Below are positions 9,125 to 17,148 of a DNA stretch of 64,000 bases, piece after piece. The notes below the pieces were generated by a model. The model did no database searches. It was not told where the DNA came from and was given only the letters and a program-made list of their open reading frames with translations. The DNA comes from an uncultured virus (IMG/VR IMGVR_UViG_3300023198_000771) (taxonomy: Duplodnaviria; Heunggongvirae; Uroviricota; Caudoviricetes; Crassvirales). The stretch's first letter is position 1. Every line of letters starts with the position of its first letter. Location: IMG/VR virus record IMGVR_UViG_3300023198_000771; one strand, written 5' to 3'. Position numbers and translations under genes: made by a program.

Positions 9125-9895
9125 ATGAAAAAGAACATTGGAATTTTATTGATGGTGCTATCCATGATAGCATTTGTCGGGTGTGAAGAAATGCCTGTTG
9201 AACCGGAAGAACTGACCAAATCTGCATTGAAAGGTGCCAATGAGCCAGATGGAAGTAACAACAACCTGGATAGCGTAGAGGTTGGCTTTATAGCAGATAT
9301 TGATGGAAATGTATATCAGACAGTGGAGATTGGAGATCAGACATGGATGGCTGAAAATTTAAGAGTAACTCATTATCCAGATGGAACTCCAATTCCTACT
9401 ACATTGGAATTATTGACGGGGGAAGATCCTGCCGATTATCATTGGTCTTATAATTATGAAGAATATAATGATGATACTTGGGGAAAATATTATACATACA
9501 CTGCCTCTCAAAATGTTTGTCCAGAGGGATGGAGGGTACCTACAAGGGAAGATATATATACTTTAGCAATATTTGTAGGTGAAGATCCAGACACCACTAC
9601 AATTCCCAGTGAAGATTACAAATTGAGTTATGAACTTAGAACAGCAGATCTTCAGTGGTGGAAAAATATTGATAATGTAACGAATGAAGTAAATTTTAAT
9701 GCAAGAGGGTCTGGGGCATATTATCCTTATAGTGAAAGTCCATATTTTGCACGTTTAAGATATGCAACTACATATTGGCTTCAAGATACTATGCTATTTG
9801 CATTTAGTTGGGCGAATGATGATTCTCCAATCCAGAAGGGGTATCTTAATAATGAACTTAATAGTGGATTTTCGGTTCGTTGTGTGAAAGATTAA
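9125..9895 (+). CDS. FISUMP (Fib_succ_major) domain lipoprotein
   Basis: Lipoprotein signal (..AFVGC), DIDGNVYQTVEIGDQTWMAENL, VCPEGWRVPT, GFSVRCVKD. Confidence 0.9.
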   Translation: MKKNIGILLMVLSMIAFVGCEEMPVEPEELTKSALKGANEPDGSNNNLDSVEVGFIADIDGNVYQTVEIGDQTWMAENLRVTHYPDGTPIPTTLELLTGEDPADYHWSYNYEEYNDDTWGKYYTYTASQNVCPEGWRVPTREDIYTLAIFVGEDPDTTTIPSEDYKLSYELRTADLQWWKNIDNVTNEVNFNARGSGAYYPYSESPYFARLRYATTYWLQDTMLFAFSWANDDSPIQKGYLNNELNSGFSVRCVKD

Positions 9896-9915
9896 CTTTT
9901 AATTATATAACTACT

Positions 9916-11442
9916 ATGGAACAAGACAAATTAGCAACGAAGCAAGGAACATTCCTTGACACGGCAATCATGGATCTGGCACAGATGCAGGTTGCAGCGA
10001 AGATGATCCTGGACAGCAAATTGGCTCCGGATCACTTCTATGAGAAACTACCAGACAATAAGCCTGACTACACAAAGGGGAAGGTTGAGTCTGTAATCCT
10101 GGTGTGTGTACACGGCCATGACCTTGGTTTGAAGCCTTTGGTGGCCTTACAGCACATTATTCCGGTCAACGGTCTATTGAGTATCAAAGGAGATGCAGCT
10201 AAGACGCTTATCTTCAATTCTGGTAAGCTGAAGCCGGGATCCTGGAAGGAAACTATCACCGGATCTATCGCCAATGGTGACTATGTGTGTACCATGACTG
10301 CAGAGAGGCTTGACACGAAGGAGGTAATGTCCCGGACCTTTGGTGTAGAACAGGCAAAGAGAGCCGGACTATGGATTGATGATAAGAAGCTGAAGGGTAA
10401 TGATGGGTGGAAGTATCTGAAGTCTGCATGGTACAAGTATCCTGAGAGGATGATGGCGTATCGTGCGTTGGGTTTCCTTTCGAGGGATCTATTCCCCGAT
10501 GTGCTTTCCGGTAGCTATACCACAGAGGAAGCTATTGATATGCCTGTCGATACATCCCTGGTAGTTCAGACAAATTCAGGAGCAGAGGTCATTGTTCCTG
10601 ACACGGAGTTCAGCAAGGACAGGAGTGAGGATCTGACCAGTAAGGCCAGTGCGCAGATTGATAAGAGGGCAGGGGAACTGGAACCGAAACCGAGAGAAGA
10701 GGTACATCCGGAGTCCCAGGCTCATATCAGGCAGCAGCCTATGACTATTGATGAAGCGCATCCAGTAGCACAGGAGGATAATTCTGCCCAAAGACAGCAC
10801 AAGGGAACAATGCTCAATGGTACGCCAGGGTGGGTCCCTGTCTATAATGAGGAAGAGTTGAGAGAAATGGATGCTCTTTCCGAATTGAATCCACTGATAG
10901 AGCATGACAGTATGATGGTTAAGTGCAGGGATATTGATCCTGGGAAGAATACCAATAAGAAGTTGAGGACTATCCTGCTGGCCCATTATGCAGGGGAAAC
11001 AATCACCTTGTATGCCAAGTTTGATCCAGAGCCGGATATAGATGCACCGGCACAGGATCCACCACCGGTACCAGAACCAGAACCAGAGCCAGAGAATCAG
11101 CCAGAATATGAAGCCGTGGTGGAGAGTGAGGCAGAGGAAGAGGATCCACCACCTGCTGACGATGTACAGCCAAATACCGGCTTTGATGTCAGTGCGCCTG
11201 ATCCAGGTACCGATGTAAACAAGTTTGAGATTGAAGTTCCCGAACTGGTAGATGGTAAACGTGGGTTTGATCAGGTCAAGACACTCTTTGAAGAACTTGC
11301 CAACAAAGCAGGGATAGATAACAATGCCTATGATAACATAGTTAAGACGAAGTTCCCCGAGTTTCAGAAGTACAGGAGTAAGGAGGATTTCTGCTACATG
11401 GGAGAAGTGTCCGAGATCAACACCTTGCTTAATAGTATTTGA
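9916..11442 (+). CDS. RecT/Bet-like single-strand annealing protein with long acidic Pro-rich C-terminus
   Basis: GHDLGLKPLVALQHIIPVNG, AKRAGLW, WYKYPERMMAYRA..RDLFPDVL.G.YT.EE; start ATG 9916. Confidence 0.75.
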   Translation: MEQDKLATKQGTFLDTAIMDLAQMQVAAKMILDSKLAPDHFYEKLPDNKPDYTKGKVESVILVCVHGHDLGLKPLVALQHIIPVNGLLSIKGDAAKTLIFNSGKLKPGSWKETITGSIANGDYVCTMTAERLDTKEVMSRTFGVEQAKRAGLWIDDKKLKGNDGWKYLKSAWYKYPERMMAYRALGFLSRDLFPDVLSGSYTTEEAIDMPVDTSLVVQTNSGAEVIVPDTEFSKDRSEDLTSKASAQIDKRAGELEPKPREEVHPESQAHIRQQPMTIDEAHPVAQEDNSAQRQHKGTMLNGTPGWVPVYNEEELREMDALSELNPLIEHDSMMVKCRDIDPGKNTNKKLRTILLAHYAGETITLYAKFDPEPDIDAPAQDPPPVPEPEPEPENQPEYEAVVESEAEEEDPPPADDVQPNTGFDVSAPDPGTDVNKFEIEVPELVDGKRGFDQVKTLFEELANKAGIDNNAYDNIVKTKFPEFQKYRSKEDFCYMGEVSEINTLLNSI

Positions 11443-11455
11443 TTTCATACCTTTG
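11424..11455 (+). promoter_or_regulatory. Bacteroidota-type promoter
   Basis: cTTG (11424-11427) N20 TACCTTTG (11448-11455). Confidence 0.7.
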
Positions 11456-11487
11456 AAGTCGAACTCTTACTTAGAGACAATTAATTG

Positions 11488-11524
11488 GGGCAGTTGACCG
11501 AGATGGTGGACTGCCCTTCTTTTA
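11488..11524 (+). terminator. Intrinsic terminator/attenuator just downstream of the promoter
   Basis: GGGCAGT...ACTGCCC stem followed by TTCTTTT. Confidence 0.7.
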
Positions 11525-11545
11525 TTCACTTTAAAATTCAATATT

Positions 11546-12187
11546 ATGAACGATGAAAGCATTATTATTCACATTGCAAAGGCTTGTCACCAGGCTAACA
11601 AGATATGGTGTGAGGCCAATGGTGATCACAGTCAGGCTGATTGGGATCTTGCGGAGCAGTGGCAGAGGGAGTCTGCCATTAATGGAGTGAAGTTTAGGAT
11701 TGAGAATCCTAATGCCGGTAACGATGCCCAACACAACAATTGGATGAAGGAGAAGATTGATAATGGTTGGGAGTGGGGAGAGGTGAAAGACACCGATGCA
11801 AAAACGCATCCTTGTATAGTTACATTCGACAAGTTGCCAGAGTTCCAACAGAAAAAGGATGCCTTATTTGGATCTATTGTTGATGCCCTGGTAAAAGAAC
11901 CCTTTCATTTCAATTTCGAGGATCAGAGGATTATTGATCAAGATGAGTTTCACCAGAAAGATGTCAAGGCAGACAAACTTCTCCGGGTTGGTCTTGATGC
12001 CCAATTACAGAACCTAAAAGGATGTCATGGTTCCAGGGAGAGATCCCTTGCAATCACAAAGGTTCAGGAGGCTATTATGTGGCTTGGGATGGACTTAAAG
12101 AGGTTGAATGAACCAAACCCCTATCCGAACAGCTACAATCCTGCTAACAGCATTATTGAGCCAACGGCTGATGGTCTGAAGATGTAA
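11546..12187 (+). CDS. RyR-domain protein fused to an Acb2/Tad1-like helical hairpin (candidate anti-defence protein)
   Basis: N-term HNNWMKEKIDNGWEWGEVKDTDAKTHPCIVTFDKLPEFQQKKD (RyR repeat); C-term SRERSLAITKVQEAIMWLG. Confidence 0.75.
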   Translation: MNDESIIIHIAKACHQANKIWCEANGDHSQADWDLAEQWQRESAINGVKFRIENPNAGNDAQHNNWMKEKIDNGWEWGEVKDTDAKTHPCIVTFDKLPEFQQKKDALFGSIVDALVKEPFHFNFEDQRIIDQDEFHQKDVKADKLLRVGLDAQLQNLKGCHGSRERSLAITKVQEAIMWLGMDLKRLNEPNPYPNSYNPANSIIEPTADGLKM

Positions 12188-12194
12188 TCTTATA

Positions 12195-12220
12195 GCGGGG
12201 GATTAATTCCCCTGCTTTTT
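12195..12220 (+). terminator. Intrinsic terminator
   Basis: AGCGGGGGA-ttaat-TCCCCTGCT then TTTT. Confidence 0.75.
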
Positions 12221-12233
12221 ATACATTTATATT

Positions 12234-12428
12234 ATGGAAGAGAGAAAGAGCAGTAACGATTGGTGGCATGACCACGAATTGTTTCCTATAATGAGAATCC
12301 AGGACCCGGACGGATGGGACAGGTCGAACCTCCACTATTCATTCTATGAGGAAACAGTGAGCAAGGAAGAGTTTGAGCGCAGGATGGGATTGTCCACCTG
12401 TGTACCAAGAGATAAATCAAAGAAATGA
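12234..12428 (+). CDS. Hypothetical protein
   Basis: 64 aa ORF containing DPDGWDR. Confidence 0.65.
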   Translation: MEERKSSNDWWHDHELFPIMRIQDPDGWDRSNLHYSFYEETVSKEEFERRMGLSTCVPRDKSKK

Positions 12429-12913
12429 GTTATCAAATATTTGAGAAGCCTGGGATGGGGCAGCACCTCACTCAGACAGTCATCTTCAAACAGATCTGGA
12501 TGAGATCCAATAAGAAGTCATTCGTGTCTGGCCTATTCCTTCGCAAGTTCATGGCAACTGATCTTGCCTTCAACTGTTTTGCTCATGTTCTGGCCAAAGG
12601 ATTGAACCAATATCCTTATTTTAAGTATTATGCTAAGAATATCGTGCTTTTAACGCCCGGAGAACACGCTCTACTGGACCAGGGTACAGAAGAAGCCCGA
12701 ATATCTTACGCATTAGACGTTAAATCAGCCGATTGGCAGCGTTTGTACGATCTGAGGGAGGAATTGAAGGTGGAGTATAAAAAGGTTTTTCCAACCAGGA
12801 GAGGCTTGATCATCGGATACAAATACTCTCCGGCTGAACAGATGGCTAAGATAGGCTACCTCAATAAGGTGTTTTTCGAGTCTCAGTTGGAGGCCAAAAA
12901 AAAAGGGGGTTGA
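12425..12913 (+). CDS. HNH-like nuclease-fold protein
   Basis: FAHVLAKG..YP...NIVLLTPGEH pattern. Confidence 0.5.
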   Translation: MSYQIFEKPGMGQHLTQTVIFKQIWMRSNKKSFVSGLFLRKFMATDLAFNCFAHVLAKGLNQYPYFKYYAKNIVLLTPGEHALLDQGTEEARISYALDVKSADWQRLYDLREELKVEYKKVFPTRRGLIIGYKYSPAEQMAKIGYLNKVFFESQLEAKKKGG

Positions 12914-12930
12914 TAGCCCCCTTTCTTATT
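12896..12930. terminator. Bidirectional terminator between convergent modules
   Basis: A9-GGGGGT-tgata-GCCCCC-TTTCTT. Confidence 0.8.
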
Positions 12931-13250
12931 TATCGGATTCGCACATCCAACTGTGTGGGCGGTATTTGAGATCGTTGGACTTGCCAATGATAAACCTTAT
13001 CATCCGAGTTAATCCAGAACCTACGATGCTCCCAATAGTTTACAGGGCCATAGGACATTTGATAAACACCTTGTACTGACCAAGTGTGTATTTCACCACT
13101 CTTACCATCACTGGCTATTGCTGATGGTGGCCCCCAGGACATATAGAGGTTTTGTTTGGTACTCCCCATCCAGGAGTTCATAATTTCTTTCTGACTTGTG
13201 CATCCTGCCAGTAGGATAATTGCGATAATCATTAAGTGTTTCATAGTCAT
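12930..13250 (-). CDS. Small lipoprotein
   Basis: Lipobox LLAGC; WMG.TK..L..SWGPP. Confidence 0.75.
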   Translation of the reverse strand: MTMKHLMIIAIILLAGCTSQKEIMNSWMGSTKQNLYMSWGPPSAIASDGKSGEIHTWSVQGVYQMSYGPVNYWEHRRFWINSDDKVYHWQVQRSQIPPTQLDVRIR

Positions 13251-13253
13251 TGA

Positions 13254-13505
13254 TTATTTAGGTGTGTTACGAACTACAAAGTAATCTTCTTCAGGATCGA
13301 AAGAGGGTTCCAGTTCTTCACAGGCTTGTTGGATCTCCAATCCTTTGATCCCAATTCCTTCCAATGCCTTCCTGGATAACTTAAAGTGATTGCACTTGAG
13401 AATGAAGTGTCGCAGATCCTCTCCGGTCAGGGTGTTGATCCGTAGTTTGAATTGCTCATCGGTTATTACCGATATGAATACTCCTGGTCTAATCTCTTTT
13501 TCCAT
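13254..13505 (-). CDS. Hypothetical protein
   Basis: Probable start MEKEIRPG at 13505. Confidence 0.55.
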   Translation of the reverse strand: MEKEIRPGVFISVITDEQFKLRINTLTGEDLRHFILKCNHFKLSRKALEGIGIKGLEIQQACEELEPSFDPEEDYFVVRNTPK

Positions 13506-13761
13506 ATCGTTGAATATAAAGTTTGGGCCTGTTATCCCTGGGATGTAGTTCAAATTCAAGGCTACCTACCTTAAACTTGATTCCTTTTGCCATGATCTTG
13601 TACCAGGGAGTGCGGATTCTGATCCACAGAAGCCGTTTAGCGGTCCAATTTGCCACTTTATCGTACCAATGATACTTCCGGTATAGATACATCAATAGAT
13701 ACGTGATACCGAATGTTACGGCACTTGTGGCCACCATTCCTAAAATCATTTCTTTCTGCAT
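13489..13761 (-). CDS. Membrane-anchored hypothetical protein
   Basis: N-terminal hydrophobic helix; conserved leader AAAACCATACAACT-ATG. Confidence 0.6.
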   Translation of the reverse strand: MQKEMILGMVATSAVTFGITYLLMYLYRKYHWYDKVANWTAKRLLWIRIRTPWYKIMAKGIKFKVGSLEFELHPRDNRPKLYIQRYGKRD

Positions 13762-13775
13762 AGTTGTATGGTTTT

Positions 13776-13816
13776 AAAAAGCAGGAAGGAGAAACCAATA
13801 CAAACCCCTTCCTGCC
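13776..13816 (-). terminator. Terminator-like hairpin with loop GGUUUGUAUUGGUUUC
   Basis: Minus strand GCAGGAAGG...CCTTCCTGC-TTTTT. Confidence 0.7.
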
Positions 13817-13825
13817 CGAGTATCC

Positions 13826-14221
13826 CTATGTGTGGGACACCGTTTGGTTTTTTACATAATGCTCCAAATATTCAATAATCTTGGTCAATAGCTGTGCTTC
13901 AAATATATCATGGGTACGCATACGTTTGTCCACCCAGTAATGGATTAGCAGAACGATGTTGGGAGAGATGTACAGTTGATACTTCTGGTGATCGAAGTCT
14001 AACCAAATATCCGGTGGCCGGTACATGAACAGGCCAACAAATCCGAGGTGGCCTACTCTGGCTATCATCAGAGAAGGAATATCTGCTTCATGGAGTTTAG
14101 TCAGAAACATTGCCAAGTCTGGTAGCTTCATGTCCCATAGGAGGTCAAGGATCGTCATATCATCACCGTTGACCTTCATTGTCCCTTGCAGTGGTAGTTT
14201 TATGTCACCTATGAATTGCAT
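13826..14221 (-). CDS. Hypothetical protein
   Basis: ORF in minus-strand operon. Confidence 0.6.
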   Translation of the reverse strand: MQFIGDIKLPLQGTMKVNGDDMTILDLLWDMKLPDLAMFLTKLHEADIPSLMIARVGHLGFVGLFMYRPPDIWLDFDHQKYQLYISPNIVLLIHYWVDKRMRTHDIFEAQLLTKIIEYLEHYVKNQTVSHT

Positions 14222-14226
14222 ATCGG

Positions 14227-14448
14227 CTACAATTTAGTCATTAATGCGTGAAACATCTCATCTACGGCAATGCCCACAATCCGATCAGCTTTGATCCTGA
14301 CGTATGCCTTTGCTGCCTTTGGGCCTTGTGAGATGAATATTTTCTTCACCTCTTTCATCAGTTCCTTGTACTGGTCAAAGAACTCCATCTCTACCTTGAT
14401 ATTGTTTACAAATTCCAGTTCTTCCTTTGTTAATTTAAGATCATCCAT
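14227..14448 (-). CDS. Hypothetical protein
   Basis: Probable start MDDLKLT at 14448. Confidence 0.55.
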   Translation of the reverse strand: MDDLKLTKEELEFVNNIKVEMEFFDQYKELMKEVKKIFISQGPKAAKAYVRIKADRIVGIAVDEMFHALMTKL

Positions 14449-14683
14449 TTTGCTTGGTTTTTTTAGTTGATTTCTTGTGATTTCTGGTTCTGAATCTCTC
14501 AGCCTGTATGTAGAATATGTCATCACCTGACAGGAATAGCTTGTACTGCTCTCTGGTGAGTAAGGATCTGATCTCTGTGTTGGTGATCAGTTCGCCAGTG
14601 CGCTTACCATCCCTAAATATCTCATACTTGCCTTTGTTCGGGGCCGGGGCCTGGGAGAGGTATATGTTGAGTAGCTTTGCCAT
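14441..14683 (-). CDS. Hypothetical protein
   Basis: ORF coupled to upstream gene by TAATG. Confidence 0.6.
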   Translation of the reverse strand: MAKLLNIYLSQAPAPNKGKYEIFRDGKRTGELITNTEIRSLLTREQYKLFLSGDDIFYIQAERFRTRNHKKSTKKTKQNG

Positions 14684-14949
14684 TATCGTGGCAAGTCATA
14701 TACTCTGAAGTTGAGGTACTCGCTGCTGAAGTTCTCAGCCACATGGCCAAGCATCACTTCCAACAGTACGTCTGTGAAAATGTACTTGACCCCATTAGCC
14801 TCAAAGTAAATGATCAGGGTGTTGTCAGTCTTTGTACCCTCAACAACAAGTCGAATATCATCAGTGGCGATCTCTGCCCACTGGCACATTACACCCTTAC
14901 TGATACTGCTGTTAAGGAATGTCTGCCTTCTCACATTAAATGGTTTCAT
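14683..14949 (-). CDS. Hypothetical protein
   Basis: ORF preceded by the conserved leader identical to that of the 13761 gene. Confidence 0.6.
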   Translation of the reverse strand: MKPFNVRRQTFLNSSISKGVMCQWAEIATDDIRLVVEGTKTDNTLIIYFEANGVKYIFTDVLLEVMLGHVAENFSSEYLNFRVYDLPR

Positions 14950-14961
14950 AGTTGTATGGTT

Positions 14962-16050
14962 TTAACTTGGTCCTGCTGAGTCACCGAACGCACCAGAAGG
15001 GAGTTCCCAAGTATCAACGAAAATAGGATCGTTATATTCTGTTTGGGTTCCTGCTTTGATGAGTTCAGCACTCAGTCCATTTACACAGGCTTTGAATACC
15101 TTGCCAGTGGTAGCCTGTTCAACCACTGACTTAGTGCGGTGTATGGTTGTACCGAAATCCTGCTCGTATTCAGCTATCCGGTCAAATCCTTTTTGGTCTA
15201 TGTGCTGCACACTGGCCCATTGATTCTTTGAGCCAAAGATGCACTTCATACATGATAAGCGTCCCCATCCCAATTTGTAGGCAGGGTGAGGGTTCACCTT
15301 GTATTTACCAATGATGTCCCAAACCTGGGTTTCAGTCCATGCGTGGACGGGCCTCCAATGGTCAACATGACGTTTACTCTTCCCATTGCGTCTATCTGCC
15401 CTATCTGGCTCGAAAGTGTGGTATTTGGCTCTGGATGTGCTTTCTTCGGCACGTTCACCAGTTATGACCAGTGTGCGTTTGTTGTGGAAGCGGCTCTGGT
15501 TGGTGATGGCAGCCGTACATACATCTATCTTTAGATATGCTGAACACCATCTCACACTCAGGTTGGCTGACACCTGTGGAAACTTCTGTCTGGTATTGTC
15601 TGGCCCTTTGCCACCAGATAGGCCACACTCAATAAGGTTGTCCTCTGGATACTCCCAGTGGTTCCGGGAGGTGGGGGAGTTGAGGCGGTTCATCTCACGT
15701 TCAAATCCTCCCTCCTTCCATGAATAGAATATGGGTAGATCAAATGCACTGGCCACCTTCCTGCAATAGTCCTCAGTACAGGCCCAATCCATCAGCGTTG
15801 ATCCTTCCTTACCATCAATGAGGTGGTGCCACAGCTCAATCTTACTGCGATCCACACCGAGTTCAAACAGGTGAAGCAGACAGGCCGTTGAGTCCTTGCC
15901 CCCGGAGAAGGCAAGGATAACATGGTCATAGCTGTTTAGATCAGCCTCAATGGAGCGAGTCAGCTCCTCCTGCTGTTGGATCAGAGCAACCATGTCCAGT
16001 TGCCCTGACCCTCTCATCTGTTCACTGGTGAATAAAGAGTTCTGCATCAC
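14962..16050 (-). CDS. PAPS-reductase family (PP-loop, DndC-like) protein
   Basis: AFSGGKDS PP-loop, RWCSAYLK, TGERAEES..RA, WRPV..WT, RLSCMKCIF. Confidence 0.88.
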   Translation of the reverse strand: MMQNSLFTSEQMRGSGQLDMVALIQQQEELTRSIEADLNSYDHVILAFSGGKDSTACLLHLFELGVDRSKIELWHHLIDGKEGSTLMDWACTEDYCRKVASAFDLPIFYSWKEGGFEREMNRLNSPTSRNHWEYPEDNLIECGLSGGKGPDNTRQKFPQVSANLSVRWCSAYLKIDVCTAAITNQSRFHNKRTLVITGERAEESTSRAKYHTFEPDRADRRNGKSKRHVDHWRPVHAWTETQVWDIIGKYKVNPHPAYKLGWGRLSCMKCIFGSKNQWASVQHIDQKGFDRIAEYEQDFGTTIHRTKSVVEQATTGKVFKACVNGLSAELIKAGTQTEYNDPIFVDTWELPSGAFGDSAGPS

Positions 16051-16250
16051 TTAGCCTCCACATCATATATTACACCATCATCGCTGAGTGCTGCGATAGA
16101 CTGTGCGTTGAGAATACCTTGCCAAATAAGGTTCCAACTGTTCTCGTTGGCCCGGAATTGTTTCAGGATCACCTTATCGGTGCCGTGATAGACCGTGATT
16201 ATTCCATCACTGAGTTCTACCTTGATTGCTGCTGCTCCTAATCTACTCAT
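16047..16250 (-). CDS. Hypothetical protein
   Basis: ORF in operon. Confidence 0.6.
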   Translation of the reverse strand: MSRLGAAAIKVELSDGIITVYHGTDKVILKQFRANENSWNLIWQGILNAQSIAALSDDGVIYDVEAK

Positions 16251-16262
16251 GGCTATGGCTTT

Positions 16263-16616
16263 TTATTCGCTTAAATGTGGTGAAATAGTCCTGCCGCATA
16301 TTGGGCAGTCATCATCACAGGCACAACTCCACCTGTCAGTCCACTCATGTCCACAAACGCATTGATAATGGTTTGTCATGGTGTTTTCCTCATCTTCCTC
16401 ATCCATGATGCTGCCACCAGAATAAGAGTCAATAGATACTCTGCTATCCCAATCGGGATCGATGTCATCAATGTCAAGCATATACATTCCATCTTTCATT
16501 TCAGTATCTTCTGACCGATGGTTGTATGCTTCCTGATCTCTGGCCTCTTGGGTGGGGAAGGGGCCACATAGCTGCGGCTCCACATCTCCCCACACAATAA
16601 TTAGATAGTGCTTCAT
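16263..16616 (-). CDS. Acidic protein with C-terminal Zn ribbon
   Basis: CVCGHEW...CDDDCPICG. Confidence 0.6.
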   Translation of the reverse strand: MKHYLIIVWGDVEPQLCGPFPTQEARDQEAYNHRSEDTEMKDGMYMLDIDDIDPDWDSRVSIDSYSGGSIMDEEDEENTMTNHYQCVCGHEWTDRWSCACDDDCPICGRTISPHLSE

Positions 16617-16711
16617 TAGAGGATAGCATTAAGGGTTAATAATACGAAATAAGCCACCACTGCTGCTGTGAGCAGTGCTTGGGCCACCTGAGATACTGTT
16701 ATTGTTTTCAT
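16616..16711 (-). CDS. 31-aa single-helix membrane peptide
   Basis: MKTITVSQVAQALLTAAVVAYFVLLTLNAIL*; TAATG coupling to next gene; AACCAATAC leader. Confidence 0.65.
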   Translation of the reverse strand: MKTITVSQVAQALLTAAVVAYFVLLTLNAIL

Positions 16712-16724
16712 GTCGTTGTGTATT

Positions 16725-16783
16725 GGTTAAGACCACCTGATCCCGTCAGGCGGTTTCTGCTACTGAAGCGTCATCAGTTAACC
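16725..16783 (-). ncRNA. Type I hammerhead ribozyme
   Basis: GGUUAA-CUGAUGA-CGCUUCAGUAGCA-GAAA-CCGCCUGA-CGGGA-UCAGGUGG-UC-UUAACC: both core boxes, stems I-III, GUC cleavage triplet. Confidence 0.85.
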
Positions 16784-16957
16784 TTACCTCTTCCGGTACA
16801 CATTCAGTCCAAATGAGATACCATCACCCACAGGCTTGTTACCAAGCGTTGAGGCGATCTGAATAGTTTTGCCGGAGGCAGAGGGGCCGAAGTCCTTAGT
16901 CAGGTCCACCTCAATGGTCAGGATGTTCTTGTCGATTGTTGTTTTTACATTGTTCAT
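16784..16957 (-). CDS. 57-aa conserved beta-rich protein (possible nucleic-acid binder)
   Basis: MNNVKTTIDKNILTIEVDLTKDFGPSASGKTIQIASTLGN...FGLNVYRKR*; stop codon abuts the ribozyme. Confidence 0.7.
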   Translation of the reverse strand: MNNVKTTIDKNILTIEVDLTKDFGPSASGKTIQIASTLGNKPVGDGISFGLNVYRKR

Positions 16958-16968
16958 AGCTGTTATAT

Positions 16969-17148
16969 TTAAGTGAATAACCAGTGTGTTATTGATAGGT
17001 TCTCCCGGTACACCTCTGCATGGGAGTATTCGTTCTCATCCTTCAACCAAGTGGCCAATAGGTATAGTTCACCGGGAAGGATGTATTGCTTGTGGGGTGG
17101 GCCTTTATGCCTGTAAATAATTACCCAATATGCTACTCTTGTTTTCAT
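16969..17148 (-). CDS. Small hypothetical protein (59 aa)
   Basis: MKTRVAYWVII...HWLFT*; ATGA overlap with the methyltransferase stop. Confidence 0.55.
   Translation of the reverse strand: MKTRVAYWVIIYRHKGPPHKQYILPGELYLLATWLKDENEYSHAEVYRENLSITHWLFT

Noticed and set aside
8939..9148. 55-bp direct repeat around the first N gap (possible att site or gene duplication)
   Set aside because: Both gaps in the window have exactly 55-bp identical flanks and 100 Ns, typical of k-mer overlap in scaffolding
9700..9895. Diversity-generating retroelement targeting the FISUMP or fibre genes
   Set aside because: No reverse transcriptase and no adenine-variant template repeat found in this window
10576..11448. 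290-aa minus-strand ORF and similar antisense ORFs (1410-1961, 3623-4237, 34454-34879)
   Set aside because: Shadows of well-supported + strand genes, without recognisable motifs
14962..16050. Complete Dnd/Ssp phosphorothioation system or sulfate-assimilation gene
   Set aside because: No partner dnd, ssp or cys genes visible; only the family-level call is supported
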